57,483 bases of DNA from a virus, in IMG/VR virus record IMGVR_UViG_3300028840_004876; one strand, given 5' to 3'. The position numbers and the translations under genes are program-made. This document shows positions 33,335 through 40,890 of this stretch, piece after piece. The notes beneath the pieces were generated by a model. That model searched no databases. It was not told the origin of the DNA and was given only the letters and a program-made list of their open reading frames with translations. Positions within the stretch are counted from its first letter, which is position 1; every line of letters begins with the position of its first letter.

Positions 33335-34332
33335 AAGCGCTCATCACTGGCATGACACCGACGCAATGCGGTCGGCAGGCTCGCGGCATCACGGTCGCGG
33401 GTGACGGCTGGCGCAGCGCACTCGAGCACGCGGGGTGGGAAGTGGATCACCGCGTGATCGCTGTCAACGAGGACCTCGGCGAGTACGATGCCGTCCTCGT
33501 CGGGATCGGACAGATCAACTCCATGACTGCGAGGCACGCGAGCAGCGCACTGTACGCCTTGCTCGACCGGCCGGACGCGAAGCTCTTCTGCGACGACTGG
33601 CAGATCACGCAGGCGCACTCTGGCTTCCGCGTCGCACGCTGGTCGCCCATGCGCCTGTACACGATGGACGGTCGGCCGGGCAATACGCTGCTCTACCGCG
33701 ATCACCAGGACGCCGTCATGAAGGTGCTCAAGGAGTTCGCGAAGCCGCGGTGGAAGCGACCGATGCTCGTCGCGACGCACGGCGACGGCGTGCCGTACAA
33801 GCTGAAGGTCCCCGGTCCGGTGACGTGCGCGGACCCGTCCAACTTCACTCCGAGGTGGGCGCCGTACCCCTGGCCGCGTGAGCGTGCGTGGATCTGGGCA
33901 TCGCTGTACCGCTACGAGAAGAGCAAGAACCGCAAGACGCCGTGGGCGGGCACGTGGCCGATCGTCCATCACGGACGCGTCCGCGACCTGCCGAACGGCG
34001 TCGACCTCGACAACGACAAGGAGTTCATTCCGCAGGACGAGCTCATCGAGAAGATGCAGCGAACCGTGGGCTACGTCGTCCCCGAGCGCCCGCTCATGGG
34101 CAGTGGCTGGTGGCGTCACCGCTACGTTCTCGCGAGCGACAGCGGTAACGTGGTCGTGTGCCATCCGGACGAGGCCGCGATCTTCGGTGATGCGTACCTC
34201 GTCACGCCGCAGGAGGTCGAGGCGCATCCGGAACCGCACGCGCTCTGGCAGGCGCAACGCGATGCGCTCAACGCCGTGGTGTGGTCGGCCGACCGCTGCG
34301 CCGAGGTCGTGGACGAGTTCATGCGCTCATGA
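33331..34332 (+). CDS. Hypothetical protein (333 aa), candidate DNA base glycosyl/group transferase (weak)
   Basis: ATGA overlap with the upstream stop. MKALITGM..., EYDAVLVGIGQINS and GWWRHRYVLASDSGNVVVCHPDEA loosely recall the two Rossmann-like halves of T4 beta-glucosyltransferase. This is from memory and not verified. Confidence 0.3.
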   Translation: MKALITGMTPTQCGRQARGITVAGDGWRSALEHAGWEVDHRVIAVNEDLGEYDAVLVGIGQINSMTARHASSALYALLDRPDAKLFCDDWQITQAHSGFRVARWSPMRLYTMDGRPGNTLLYRDHQDAVMKVLKEFAKPRWKRPMLVATHGDGVPYKLKVPGPVTCADPSNFTPRWAPYPWPRERAWIWASLYRYEKSKNRKTPWAGTWPIVHHGRVRDLPNGVDLDNDKEFIPQDELIEKMQRTVGYVVPERPLMGSGWWRHRYVLASDSGNVVVCHPDEAAIFGDAYLVTPQEVEAHPEPHALWQAQRDALNAVVWSADRCAEVVDEFMRS

Positions 34333-34718
34333 GAGAGAACGGGCCAGGTGGGTTGACGGCGCTTGTTCGCGAGGCACTGAAGCGAGTGAACGCGTACTCG
34401 CTCAAGCTTCACGGTCATCGCGAGCAAGCGCCAGGGTGGCCGGACTTCTTCGTGGCGCACTCGCGGATTCCTCGCGGGGTGTGGATCGAGTTGAAGGCCG
34501 GCGGCGGGCAGCTCAGCGGAACTCAGAGGCGCGTGTTCCGCGAGCTGTCGAGACGAGGCACGCCGGTCCTCATTCTCGAGGAGCGGGACGGGATGCTCAT
34601 CGCGTACGAGCAGGACGACGAGGACGCGGCGATCCTCACCCGGTGCCTGGCGGACGAGACGCCAAGCGACATAGGCCGCTGTATCGTCCTCCATTGCACG
34701 CAAAGGCTAGGCGAATAG
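34329..34718 (+). CDS. VRR-NUC domain nuclease
   Basis: ATGA overlap with the upstream stop. GWPDFFVAH...VWIELKAGGGQLSGTQRRVFRELSRRG matches the PD...E-x-K...Q pattern of VRR-NUC. Confidence 0.75.
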   Translation: MRENGPGGLTALVREALKRVNAYSLKLHGHREQAPGWPDFFVAHSRIPRGVWIELKAGGGQLSGTQRRVFRELSRRGTPVLILEERDGMLIAYEQDDEDAAILTRCLADETPSDIGRCIVLHCTQRLGE

Positions 34719-34819
34719 TAACTATCGTGTCAGGGCGTGGCCTGTAGCCCTGCGGCCATACAGACGTGCTACACGGCAAACCCGCGGCATAGTGCGGGTA
34801 GAATAGGGGACTGGCTCGG

Positions 34820-34837
34820 TGGCCCCATGTGGGGCCA
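34820..34837. promoter_or_regulatory. Palindrome TGGCCCCA-TG-TGGGGCCA, a putative operator
   Basis: 8-bp perfect arms. Confidence 0.5.
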
Positions 34838-34891
34838 TGCGGGTCAAGTCTCTACCAGTACAGGACTTAGAGCGTTTCGACGGGTCGCAGG

Positions 34892-34909
34892 TGGCCCCAC
34901 GTGGGGCCA
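34892..34909. promoter_or_regulatory. Perfect 18-bp palindrome TGGCCCCACGTGGGGCCA
   Basis: Self-complementary, including the CG centre. Confidence 0.55.
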
Positions 34910-35069
34910 TGGGTAACTGGCAAATGCGTCTGCGGCTGGTAGCCCCTACCCTATCGAAACGCCCTAACCACCTGATAGATAAAGACCTACACTGACCCAG
35001 GTACTGTTATTCCTAGCTTTCCGGGAGGAGAGGCCTGGGAGCGCGGCAGGCGCACATACCAGTTACCCC

Positions 35070-35087
35070 TGGCCCCACGTGGGGCCA
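35070..35087. promoter_or_regulatory. Perfect 18-bp palindrome TGGCCCCACGTGGGGCCA, 24 nt upstream of the regulator ATG
   Basis: Identical to the palindrome at 34892..34909. Confidence 0.55.
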
Positions 35088-35110
35088 CCTGATTTTGGAG
35101 CCCGGGAGGA

Positions 35111-35674
35111 ATGAGCGAGGAACGCGAGATACTGGACGCGATCGCGAAGGCAGAGGCGCAAGAGCAACGCGACATTCTGCGACGCTGTGACTGGGAGGAT
35201 CCCGCGGACGTCGCGCTCTTGAGAAGCAGCGACAGGCTGGCAGCACGGATGCGTGCGATACGCCGCCTCTGCCAGGGTATGCGCTGCCCGGGGTGCGGCG
35301 ACATCGTGCTGAGGTCGCGCTCATGGGTGTTGCGGAACGACGGCGAGAGCGCGGTCTGCCGGTCGTGCTTCTTCCGCATGCGTGAGCGCGGCGAGAAGAA
35401 GGTGACGATAGCTTCGAGTCTCGTCTCCTTCGAGGAAGTGCGGTACCACATCGAGCCGCACACGCTGGTGCTGGCGCGTGAGGCTGCGGGCATACCGCAA
35501 GCAGAGTTCGCGCGTCGCGCCGGATGGAGTCGAGGCTGGCAGCGCAAGCTCGAGGCGGGCGAACGCATCAGGCTTCAAGCTGAGGCAGTGCAGACAATCT
35601 TCACCGTGCTTCGAGAGGCCGGCGTGGAACTCGAAGACGGGGACAGGGTGGCCCCAAGTGGGGCCAGGCAGTAA
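35111..35674 (+). CDS. Transcriptional regulator: zinc ribbon plus XRE-type helix-turn-helix
   Basis: The gggagga RBS lies upstream. CPGCG...CRSC. LAREAAGIPQAEFARRAGWSRGWQRKLEAGER has the HTH_XRE pattern. Confidence 0.7.
   Translation: MSEEREILDAIAKAEAQEQRDILRRCDWEDPADVALLRSSDRLAARMRAIRRLCQGMRCPGCGDIVLRSRSWVLRNDGESAVCRSCFFRMRERGEKKVTIASSLVSFEEVRYHIEPHTLVLAREAAGIPQAEFARRAGWSRGWQRKLEAGERIRLQAEAVQTIFTVLREAGVELEDGDRVAPSGARQ
35649..35666. promoter_or_regulatory. Palindrome TGGCCCCA-AG-TGGGGCCA inside the 3' end of the regulator gene, just upstream of the next promoter
   Basis: 8-bp perfect arms, followed by ggcagtaactg as in the element arms. Confidence 0.5.
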
Positions 35675-35676
35675 CT

Positions 35677-35705
35677 GTGGACATTGACGGTCCACATGGT
35701 ATAAT
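35677..35705 (+). promoter_or_regulatory. Putative promoter: GTGGAC, 17-nt spacer, TATAAT, with the inverted repeat tgtggac/gtccaca over the -35 region
   Basis: tgtggacattgacggtccacatggtataat. The -10 box matches the consensus. Confidence 0.6.
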
Positions 35706-35735
35706 GATACGCGTGGACTGACCTGGAGTTTTCCA

Positions 35736-36098
35736 ATGGTGACGAAGAGACAGGACCTGGTGGCGGGACGCAACGTCGTCATCCGTGACGTGATGCGCGG
35801 GCGGCTCATCCGATCGTGCGGACGCGACGAGTGGCTGGCCGAGGTCGACGGGGAGCGGGTCGCGGCGCACGCACGGGACATCGTGGTGATGCCGGGCGAG
35901 GGCGAGCAGGTCATCGTGGACGAGCGCGGTGCGACGCGGGTCGTTCCGGTGGTCGAGGAGCCTGTGGTGGTCGAGGAGCCTGTGGACGAGGCGCGTGAGG
36001 CGCTGCTCGCTCAGGTGGTTCACCTCGCGCTCGACCTCGAGAACGTCGAGGACATGAGCAACGAGGAGATCGAGAAGGCCATCGCGTCGGCGTTCTGA
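35736..36098 (+). CDS. Hypothetical protein (120 aa)
   Basis: A ggag RBS lies upstream of the ATG. The gene contains an exact 18-bp tandem duplication. Confidence 0.6.
   Translation: MVTKRQDLVAGRNVVIRDVMRGRLIRSCGRDEWLAEVDGERVAAHARDIVVMPGEGEQVIVDERGATRVVPVVEEPVVVEEPVDEAREALLAQVVHLALDLENVEDMSNEEIEKAIASAF
35948..35983 (+). repeat. Exact 18-bp tandem duplication (ggtggtcgaggagcctgt x2) encoding VVEEPV twice
   Basis: Read directly from the sequence. Confidence 0.9.
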
Positions 36099-36126
36099 GC
36101 TCGCAACGCTGTGACAAGGAGCGACT

Positions 36127-36765
36127 TTGCTCGGCGACTACCGCATCGACCCATCGCTCGCTGGCACAGTGAACGCGATGGCGTCAGCGCCGGACGGTCA
36201 TCCGCGGCGTTGTCAAGCAAAGAGCCGCGCGACGCAACAGCAGTGCAAGAACTGGGCCACGAAGGGAAGGCACTACTGCCGCTTCCACGGCGGTCACCTT
36301 CCCTACCACAAGGAGAAGAAGTTGGCGGGCCTCTATTCACGACGCGCGAACAAGCGGCTCAAGGAGCTACTGACCGACGCAGCGAACGCCGAGCGCAATT
36401 CGCTGGCCGAGGAAGTGGATGTCGCGCGTGTGCTTGCGGCCCGTGCCATGAAGTCGTTCGAGAAGATCTGCATCGAAGATCCCCCGACCGAGCTCGCGGC
36501 GGACAAGGCCAAGCTCGGGAGACTCAGAGCTACTGCGACAGCGTCGCTGCGAACGGCGCTGTCGCAGGTCGCATCGCTGGTCACGGCTCACTCGAAGGTG
36601 ATCAGCGAGCAAGCGCTCGACGCACACGCCGCAGAGTACGTCGTCGCGCAGGTCGTCAAGATCCTTCAAGAGCGCATTGAGGACGAAGAGTTGCTCAATG
36701 CGCTCGTGACGGATCTCGAAGAGTTGAAGGTGCCGAGCAAGACCACGGTCGTCGTGGTCGAGTGA
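36127..36765 (+). CDS. Candidate small terminase subunit / DNA-binding protein (212 aa)
   Basis: TTG start 7 nt after the aaggag RBS. RCQAKSRATQQQCKNWATKGRHYCRFHGG is a Cys...HGG motif seen in some phage small-terminase-like proteins. The gene lies upstream of TerL. The function is uncertain. Confidence 0.4.
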   Translation: MLGDYRIDPSLAGTVNAMASAPDGHPRRCQAKSRATQQQCKNWATKGRHYCRFHGGHLPYHKEKKLAGLYSRRANKRLKELLTDAANAERNSLAEEVDVARVLAARAMKSFEKICIEDPPTELAADKAKLGRLRATATASLRTALSQVASLVTAHSKVISEQALDAHAAEYVVAQVVKILQERIEDEELLNALVTDLEELKVPSKTTVVVVE

Positions 36766-36981
36766 AGGGTCTGCTGAGCCGTAGCGCAGCGGTCGGTGTC
36801 GGCATGACACCGGGCGATAGTGAGACGGGCGCGGCCACTAGGCCCTTCACACGATCACTACGACACGTACCCAGCCCTAGGGCGTACCTGGGGCGGGTAC
36901 AGGCAGTATCCATCGCGTAGGGCCCTACCCTGCGAGAATAGGCCGTACAGGACACCCTACGCCTACGTGGGAGGGACGGGC

Positions 36982-37113
36982 ATGAAGGCCGACGAGCGTC
37001 GCGCCCGGCAGCGTCGCCGCAAGGCGGCCTTGGCCGGCGTCCCTGTTTTGAAGCGCGGAGTGGGCGGGACCGCGCGCAAGGCGGAGAAGAAGAAGCGTGC
37101 CGAGCCCAAGTGA
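36982..37113 (+). CDS. Small basic protein (43 aa)
   Basis: ATG follows gggagggacgggc. The protein is Arg/Lys-rich. Weak call. Confidence 0.35.
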   Translation: MKADERRARQRRRKAALAGVPVLKRGVGGTARKAEKKKRAEPK

Positions 37114-37411
37114 CGTGAGACGCATCGCAGAGCTCGCGAGCGCGTTCAGCGGTGTGCGGGTCGATGCACTACATGATGCACTCTCCGATCTGCTCGAGGA
37201 CTTCGAGGAAGAGGGCGACGCCCTCATCGAGTTCGGCGAGCCGAAGGACGACCTCGCACAGTTCGCGATCTTCGACCTCAACACCGGCGAGGTCAACATC
37301 GGGCCGGTGACCGTGAGGCAGTTGCTCGCACGTGAAGAGCAGCAGCTCACCGCAGAGCTAACGCAACTGACGTGTCAGCTGAGACGCGTGAGGAGCCAGA
37401 GCGCGAAGTGA
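37097..37411 (+). CDS. Hypothetical acidic protein (about 100 aa). The start is uncertain: GTG 37097 or GTG 37115.
   Basis: ORF on the coding strand upstream of TerL. Confidence 0.45.
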   Translation: MPSPSDVRRIAELASAFSGVRVDALHDALSDLLEDFEEEGDALIEFGEPKDDLAQFAIFDLNTGEVNIGPVTVRQLLAREEQQLTAELTQLTCQLRRVRSQSAK

Positions 37412-39618
37412 CGCCAACGTCGACCCAGTTCCGCATCGAGTTGCCCAACCATCTGCGATTCATTGCGCGGATGGGGGAGGACGTTGTGTGCCTGCGTCCT
37501 GATCTCGACTGCCGGACTGACGCGATGGCGCTGGCCATTAGCTTCTCGGTCGCGGCCAGCGGTGGTGAGGCAGCTGTGTTCGTTCCGGACGGGCTGTCTC
37601 TCCGCGTCATGCTGGACGACTGGCTCGCCGCGAGTGGTCTCGGAGTTCAGCGACGTTGGACGTGCGACGCAGGCGACGCCAAGGCACACATGGTGACGCT
37701 GAAGTCAGGCGGCCGGTTGTGGCTCGTCTGCGGCGCCCGTCCTCAAGTCGATCGCATTCCCATGCGTCCGCACGTCGTTACGGGCGACGTCTGCGACCGC
37801 ATAGCGACCGATCTCGCGTCGGAATACAGGGGACGCTCGCGTCTCCTCCTCTCGGGCACGCTCGCCGACCGCGGTCACTGGTTCTACGAACTGGCGCGGA
37901 ACGGCGAGTGTGCCGTCGAGACCGTGTCGCTGGACGACGTCCTCGCCGCGTACCCCGGCCTCGCGTTGGACGCAGAGCGCTACGACCCCACGCTCGCCCC
38001 GCGACGGTTGCGGCTAGAGGACGTCGTCCCTCGACCGGCACCGCAGAAGCCGTTCGGACGGTTCGCGATCAACAGGCTGCGGATCAAGTCGGACAAGCCG
38101 CCGTCAGTGCTGCATCCGAAGCAGCGCGAGATAGCTCTGAGCCAGCCAGGCGTCACGCCGATCGTTCCGTTCTACGTCTCGGCGCTTCAGCGTCGCTACA
38201 TGGCGATGAAGCGGCTCGCTGTCATGAAGGGCCGCAAGCCGTGGTACCTGCTGCTCAAGTATCGTCGCGGTGGTTTCACGACGCTCGAGCAGGGGCTCAG
38301 CTATCGCATGTGCGTCACGTCGGCCCGCTCAGAGGTCGCGACGCTGGCGCATCACAAGGACCCGACTCAGCGTATCTTCCGCATTGCGCGGCTCATGGCC
38401 GAACAGGACCCGGCGGGCACGAAGCTCATTGGTGACTCCAAGTCCGCTCTTGAGTTCGCAAACGGTTCGTCCTTCTTCATCGGGACCGCTGGCGGCTCTG
38501 GCTTCGCGCGAGGTGACACGCTGCGTCGCGTCCACGGGTCAGAGATCGCGAAGTGGTGCCGAGGCCCACGGCAAGAGACTCAGGTTGAGGACCTGCTCGC
38601 TGGCATACTCGGAGCTGCGAGCTACGGCGAGGTGGTCCTCGAGACGACGGCCGCGGGACGTGAGCACTTCTGTCGCATGTACCAGGAAGCGAAGCGAGGC
38701 GAGAACGAGTTCACGCCGCTCTTCCTCAGGTGGTTCGACGATCCGATGAACCGCGCGTTGCCTGGCACGTACTCAGAGGAAGAGCTGCTCGACACGCTCA
38801 GCGCTCGCGAGAAGGACTTGATGGAGCGGTTCGGTCTCGACCTTGCGCAGATCGCCTTCCGTCGCGAGAAGGTCCGCGTTTACAAGCGGCTCTTTCCGCA
38901 GGAGATGCCAGAGGACGACGAGACCTGCTTCATCACGTCGGGCGTCTGCTGGTTCGACACGGACATGCTGCTCACCATCGCCGAGTCTCTTCCCGAAGAG
39001 GAAGGGACGTGGTCGCACCTACCCGGCGGTTACGAGGTCCGATGGAAGGAGCCAGAGGTCGGCCGCGAGTACGTAGCCGGATGCGATACGAGTGAGGGAC
39101 TGCCAGGGTGTGACAACTCTGGCTTGGGGGTCCTCGACAAGAGGACGGGGGAGCAGGTCGCGGCCATCCACGGGCTCTTCGCGCCACGCGTTCTAGCGGG
39201 GCACGCGGTCCGCGTCTGCCGCGACTACAACGACGCATTGCTCGGAGTCGAGCGCGAGAACCACGGACACGCGGTCATCATGCGCGTCATGGATCTCGGA
39301 TACAGGAAGCCGCACTTCCGTGGTGGCCCGCTCTACTACTTCGATCGCAGGAAAGATGTGAAGAAGGCGAGAGCTGGCTGGACCACGAACGCACAGACGC
39401 GACCGGTCATGCTCGAGGACCTCGCTGAGGACATCGAGGAAGGCGGTCAGATCGTTCACGACAAGCAGTTCATCGAGGAAGCTCTGAGCTTCCGGCTTCA
39501 GCCGAGCGGGAAGTTCGAAGCGGACCCCGGGGCGAAGGACGATGCGGTGATGAAGTGGGCGATCGCAGGACAAATGAGGCGCATGCGTAGGCGCAAGCCG
39601 AGGATCACCGTCGGCTAG
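37372..39618 (+). CDS. Terminase large subunit with an unusual N-terminal extension of about 260 aa
   Basis: HPKQREI...LLLKYRRGGFTT (Walker-A-like K-x-R-x-G-x-T/S), FIGTAGGSGFARGDT and a C-terminal nuclease-like half. The start is GTG 37372 or GTG 37408, the latter forming a GTGA overlap. Confidence 0.75.
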   Translation: MSAETREEPEREVTPTSTQFRIELPNHLRFIARMGEDVVCLRPDLDCRTDAMALAISFSVAASGGEAAVFVPDGLSLRVMLDDWLAASGLGVQRRWTCDAGDAKAHMVTLKSGGRLWLVCGARPQVDRIPMRPHVVTGDVCDRIATDLASEYRGRSRLLLSGTLADRGHWFYELARNGECAVETVSLDDVLAAYPGLALDAERYDPTLAPRRLRLEDVVPRPAPQKPFGRFAINRLRIKSDKPPSVLHPKQREIALSQPGVTPIVPFYVSALQRRYMAMKRLAVMKGRKPWYLLLKYRRGGFTTLEQGLSYRMCVTSARSEVATLAHHKDPTQRIFRIARLMAEQDPAGTKLIGDSKSALEFANGSSFFIGTAGGSGFARGDTLRRVHGSEIAKWCRGPRQETQVEDLLAGILGAASYGEVVLETTAAGREHFCRMYQEAKRGENEFTPLFLRWFDDPMNRALPGTYSEEELLDTLSAREKDLMERFGLDLAQIAFRREKVRVYKRLFPQEMPEDDETCFITSGVCWFDTDMLLTIAESLPEEEGTWSHLPGGYEVRWKEPEVGREYVAGCDTSEGLPGCDNSGLGVLDKRTGEQVAAIHGLFAPRVLAGHAVRVCRDYNDALLGVERENHGHAVIMRVMDLGYRKPHFRGGPLYYFDRRKDVKKARAGWTTNAQTRPVMLEDLAEDIEEGGQIVHDKQFIEEALSFRLQPSGKFEADPGAKDDAVMKWAIAGQMRRMRRRKPRITVG

Positions 39619-39659
39619 AGCACGGTGACAGCGAGGCCCACGACTCGGGGGAGCATCGC

Positions 39660-40049
39660 ATGGGCCAAGACCAGACGAAAGCAGCAGCGGAGGGACTCGC
39701 CTTGAGCGTCGCCCAGAGAATCTTCGTGATCGCGCTTGGGTGCATCGTTACGCTGGGTCTCACGTTCATCTGGACGAGCGTAACGGGTTCGAGCGCCGAT
39801 GTGCGCAAAGAGCTGAAGGCGAGCATGGAGTCGATGAGCACGCAGCTCGACGAGCAGGGCGAAGCGCTGGCCGAGGTGAAGGCGGAGAACAAGCTGCTGC
39901 GGCAGGAGATCGGACACTTGCGTGAGATCATCCAGCAAGGCATGGACGATCGCTATCGCGCGTCCGACGCTCGACGCGACTTTGAGTTGCGCGATCTGAA
40001 GATCGAGGCGCTCAAGCGCCGCGTCGAGAAGCTCGAAGAGAAGAAGTGA
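39660..40049 (+). CDS. N-terminal TM plus coiled-coil protein (i-spanin-like architecture)
   Basis: The TM segment is IFVIALGCIVTLGLTFIW. A long charged coiled coil follows. Confidence 0.5.
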   Translation: MGQDQTKAAAEGLALSVAQRIFVIALGCIVTLGLTFIWTSVTGSSADVRKELKASMESMSTQLDEQGEALAEVKAENKLLRQEIGHLREIIQQGMDDRYRASDARRDFELRDLKIEALKRRVEKLEEKK

Positions 40050-40204
40050 TGGGATACATACGAGACATCGCAGGCTCCGACGAGTCGACGACCGCTGTGG
40101 TCGAGGCCGCGGAAACGACCAAGGACCCCGAGCAGAAGCCGCGCGGCATGCGGCCGATCTTCGGTGACGTCGAGACACTGCTCGACGTCTTCGGTCTCGA
40201 GTAG
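40049..40204 (+). CDS. Possible small ORF (51 aa), not in the track
   Basis: TGATG overlap with the upstream stop. My own translation gives MGYIRDIAGSDESTTAVVEAAETTKDPEQKPRGMRPIFGDVETLLDVFGLE. Confidence 0.3.
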   Translation: MGYIRDIAGSDESTTAVVEAAETTKDPEQKPRGMRPIFGDVETLLDVFGLE

Positions 40205-40218
40205 GGGAGGAGGAACGC

Positions 40219-40881
40219 ATGCGTCTCATCGTTGTGATGATCATGGCGCTGGTCCTCGTGGGCTGCGCGTCCACGATGCCCGCGCCGGGTGCGTACCCGG
40301 ACACGGCCGTCAAGGGCCCGGAGTCGGGCAAGGCGTCCAGCGACATCGGCACGAACGACATGCCCGTCGCGGGCGGCTACAACGGAGCGGCCGGCAGGCA
40401 GAAGAACGTCGCGATGAGCAACAAGGTCTCGCCTCAGCGTCAGAACACCGGGACCGGCTCACTCGTGACGGCGTTCATCCAGGGCGCGACGCCGCAGCAA
40501 GAGCAGGCGGCGCACGGCAGACTCATGGCGATGCTCGAGAGTGACGAAGAGATCGCCATGATCCGCAAGGAGATGAAGTGGCTGATGGACGCCGAGGAGT
40601 ACAGCCCCGACTGGCAGACTCGAGCTGATGCGCTCAAGCTCCAGTATCGCGAGGCGCGAGATCGGCTGGTCGCCATGTTCGAGACAACGTCGGGGCTCTC
40701 GGGTCGCATCGACCTGGGTAAGCTCCGAGTCCTGGTGAACGTCGGTATCATCTCGGGCAATGTGGGCCACACCGAGCGAGAACCCTCGGCTGATGAGATG
40801 GCCGCGCTGAAGGCTATCGTACCCGAGCTCGTGAAGGCCGCCGCGCTGGTGGCTGAGGACGACGACGAGGACGATCAGTAG
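40219..40881 (+). CDS. Lipoprotein (220 aa)
   Basis: ggaggagg RBS upstream. The signal peptide MRLIVVMIMALVLVGC carries the LVGC lipobox. The C-terminus is acidic. Confidence 0.65.
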   Translation: MRLIVVMIMALVLVGCASTMPAPGAYPDTAVKGPESGKASSDIGTNDMPVAGGYNGAAGRQKNVAMSNKVSPQRQNTGTGSLVTAFIQGATPQQEQAAHGRLMAMLESDEEIAMIRKEMKWLMDAEEYSPDWQTRADALKLQYREARDRLVAMFETTSGLSGRIDLGKLRVLVNVGIISGNVGHTEREPSADEMAALKAIVPELVKAAALVAEDDDEDDQ

Positions 40882-40890
40882 GAGCAAGGG

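Larger units (their letters stand above)
34889..35090. repeat. Composite element B: ~43-bp inverted arms (34889..34932 and 35047..35090), each holding TGGCCCCACGTGGGGCCA, around an AT-richer core
   Basis: The left arm is aggtggccccacgtggggccatgggtaactggcaaatgcgtctg. The reverse complement of the right arm is aggtggccccacgtggggccaggggtaactggtatgtgcgcctg, with about 38 of 43 positions matching by eye. Confidence 0.85.

Noticed and set aside
34722-34910. 62-aa minus-strand ORF inside the 34719..35110 intergenic region, considered as a divergent repressor gene
   Set aside because: It has no RBS and an Arg/Thr/Pro-rich composition. It is built largely from the palindromic repeat sequences themselves.
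36766-36981. Possible tRNA or small RNA (the string gtagcgcagcggtcgg resembles a D-arm)
   Set aside because: I could not build an acceptor stem, anticodon arm or T-arm (no GTTCRA box). Only a simple 7-bp hairpin at 36794..36812 is present.
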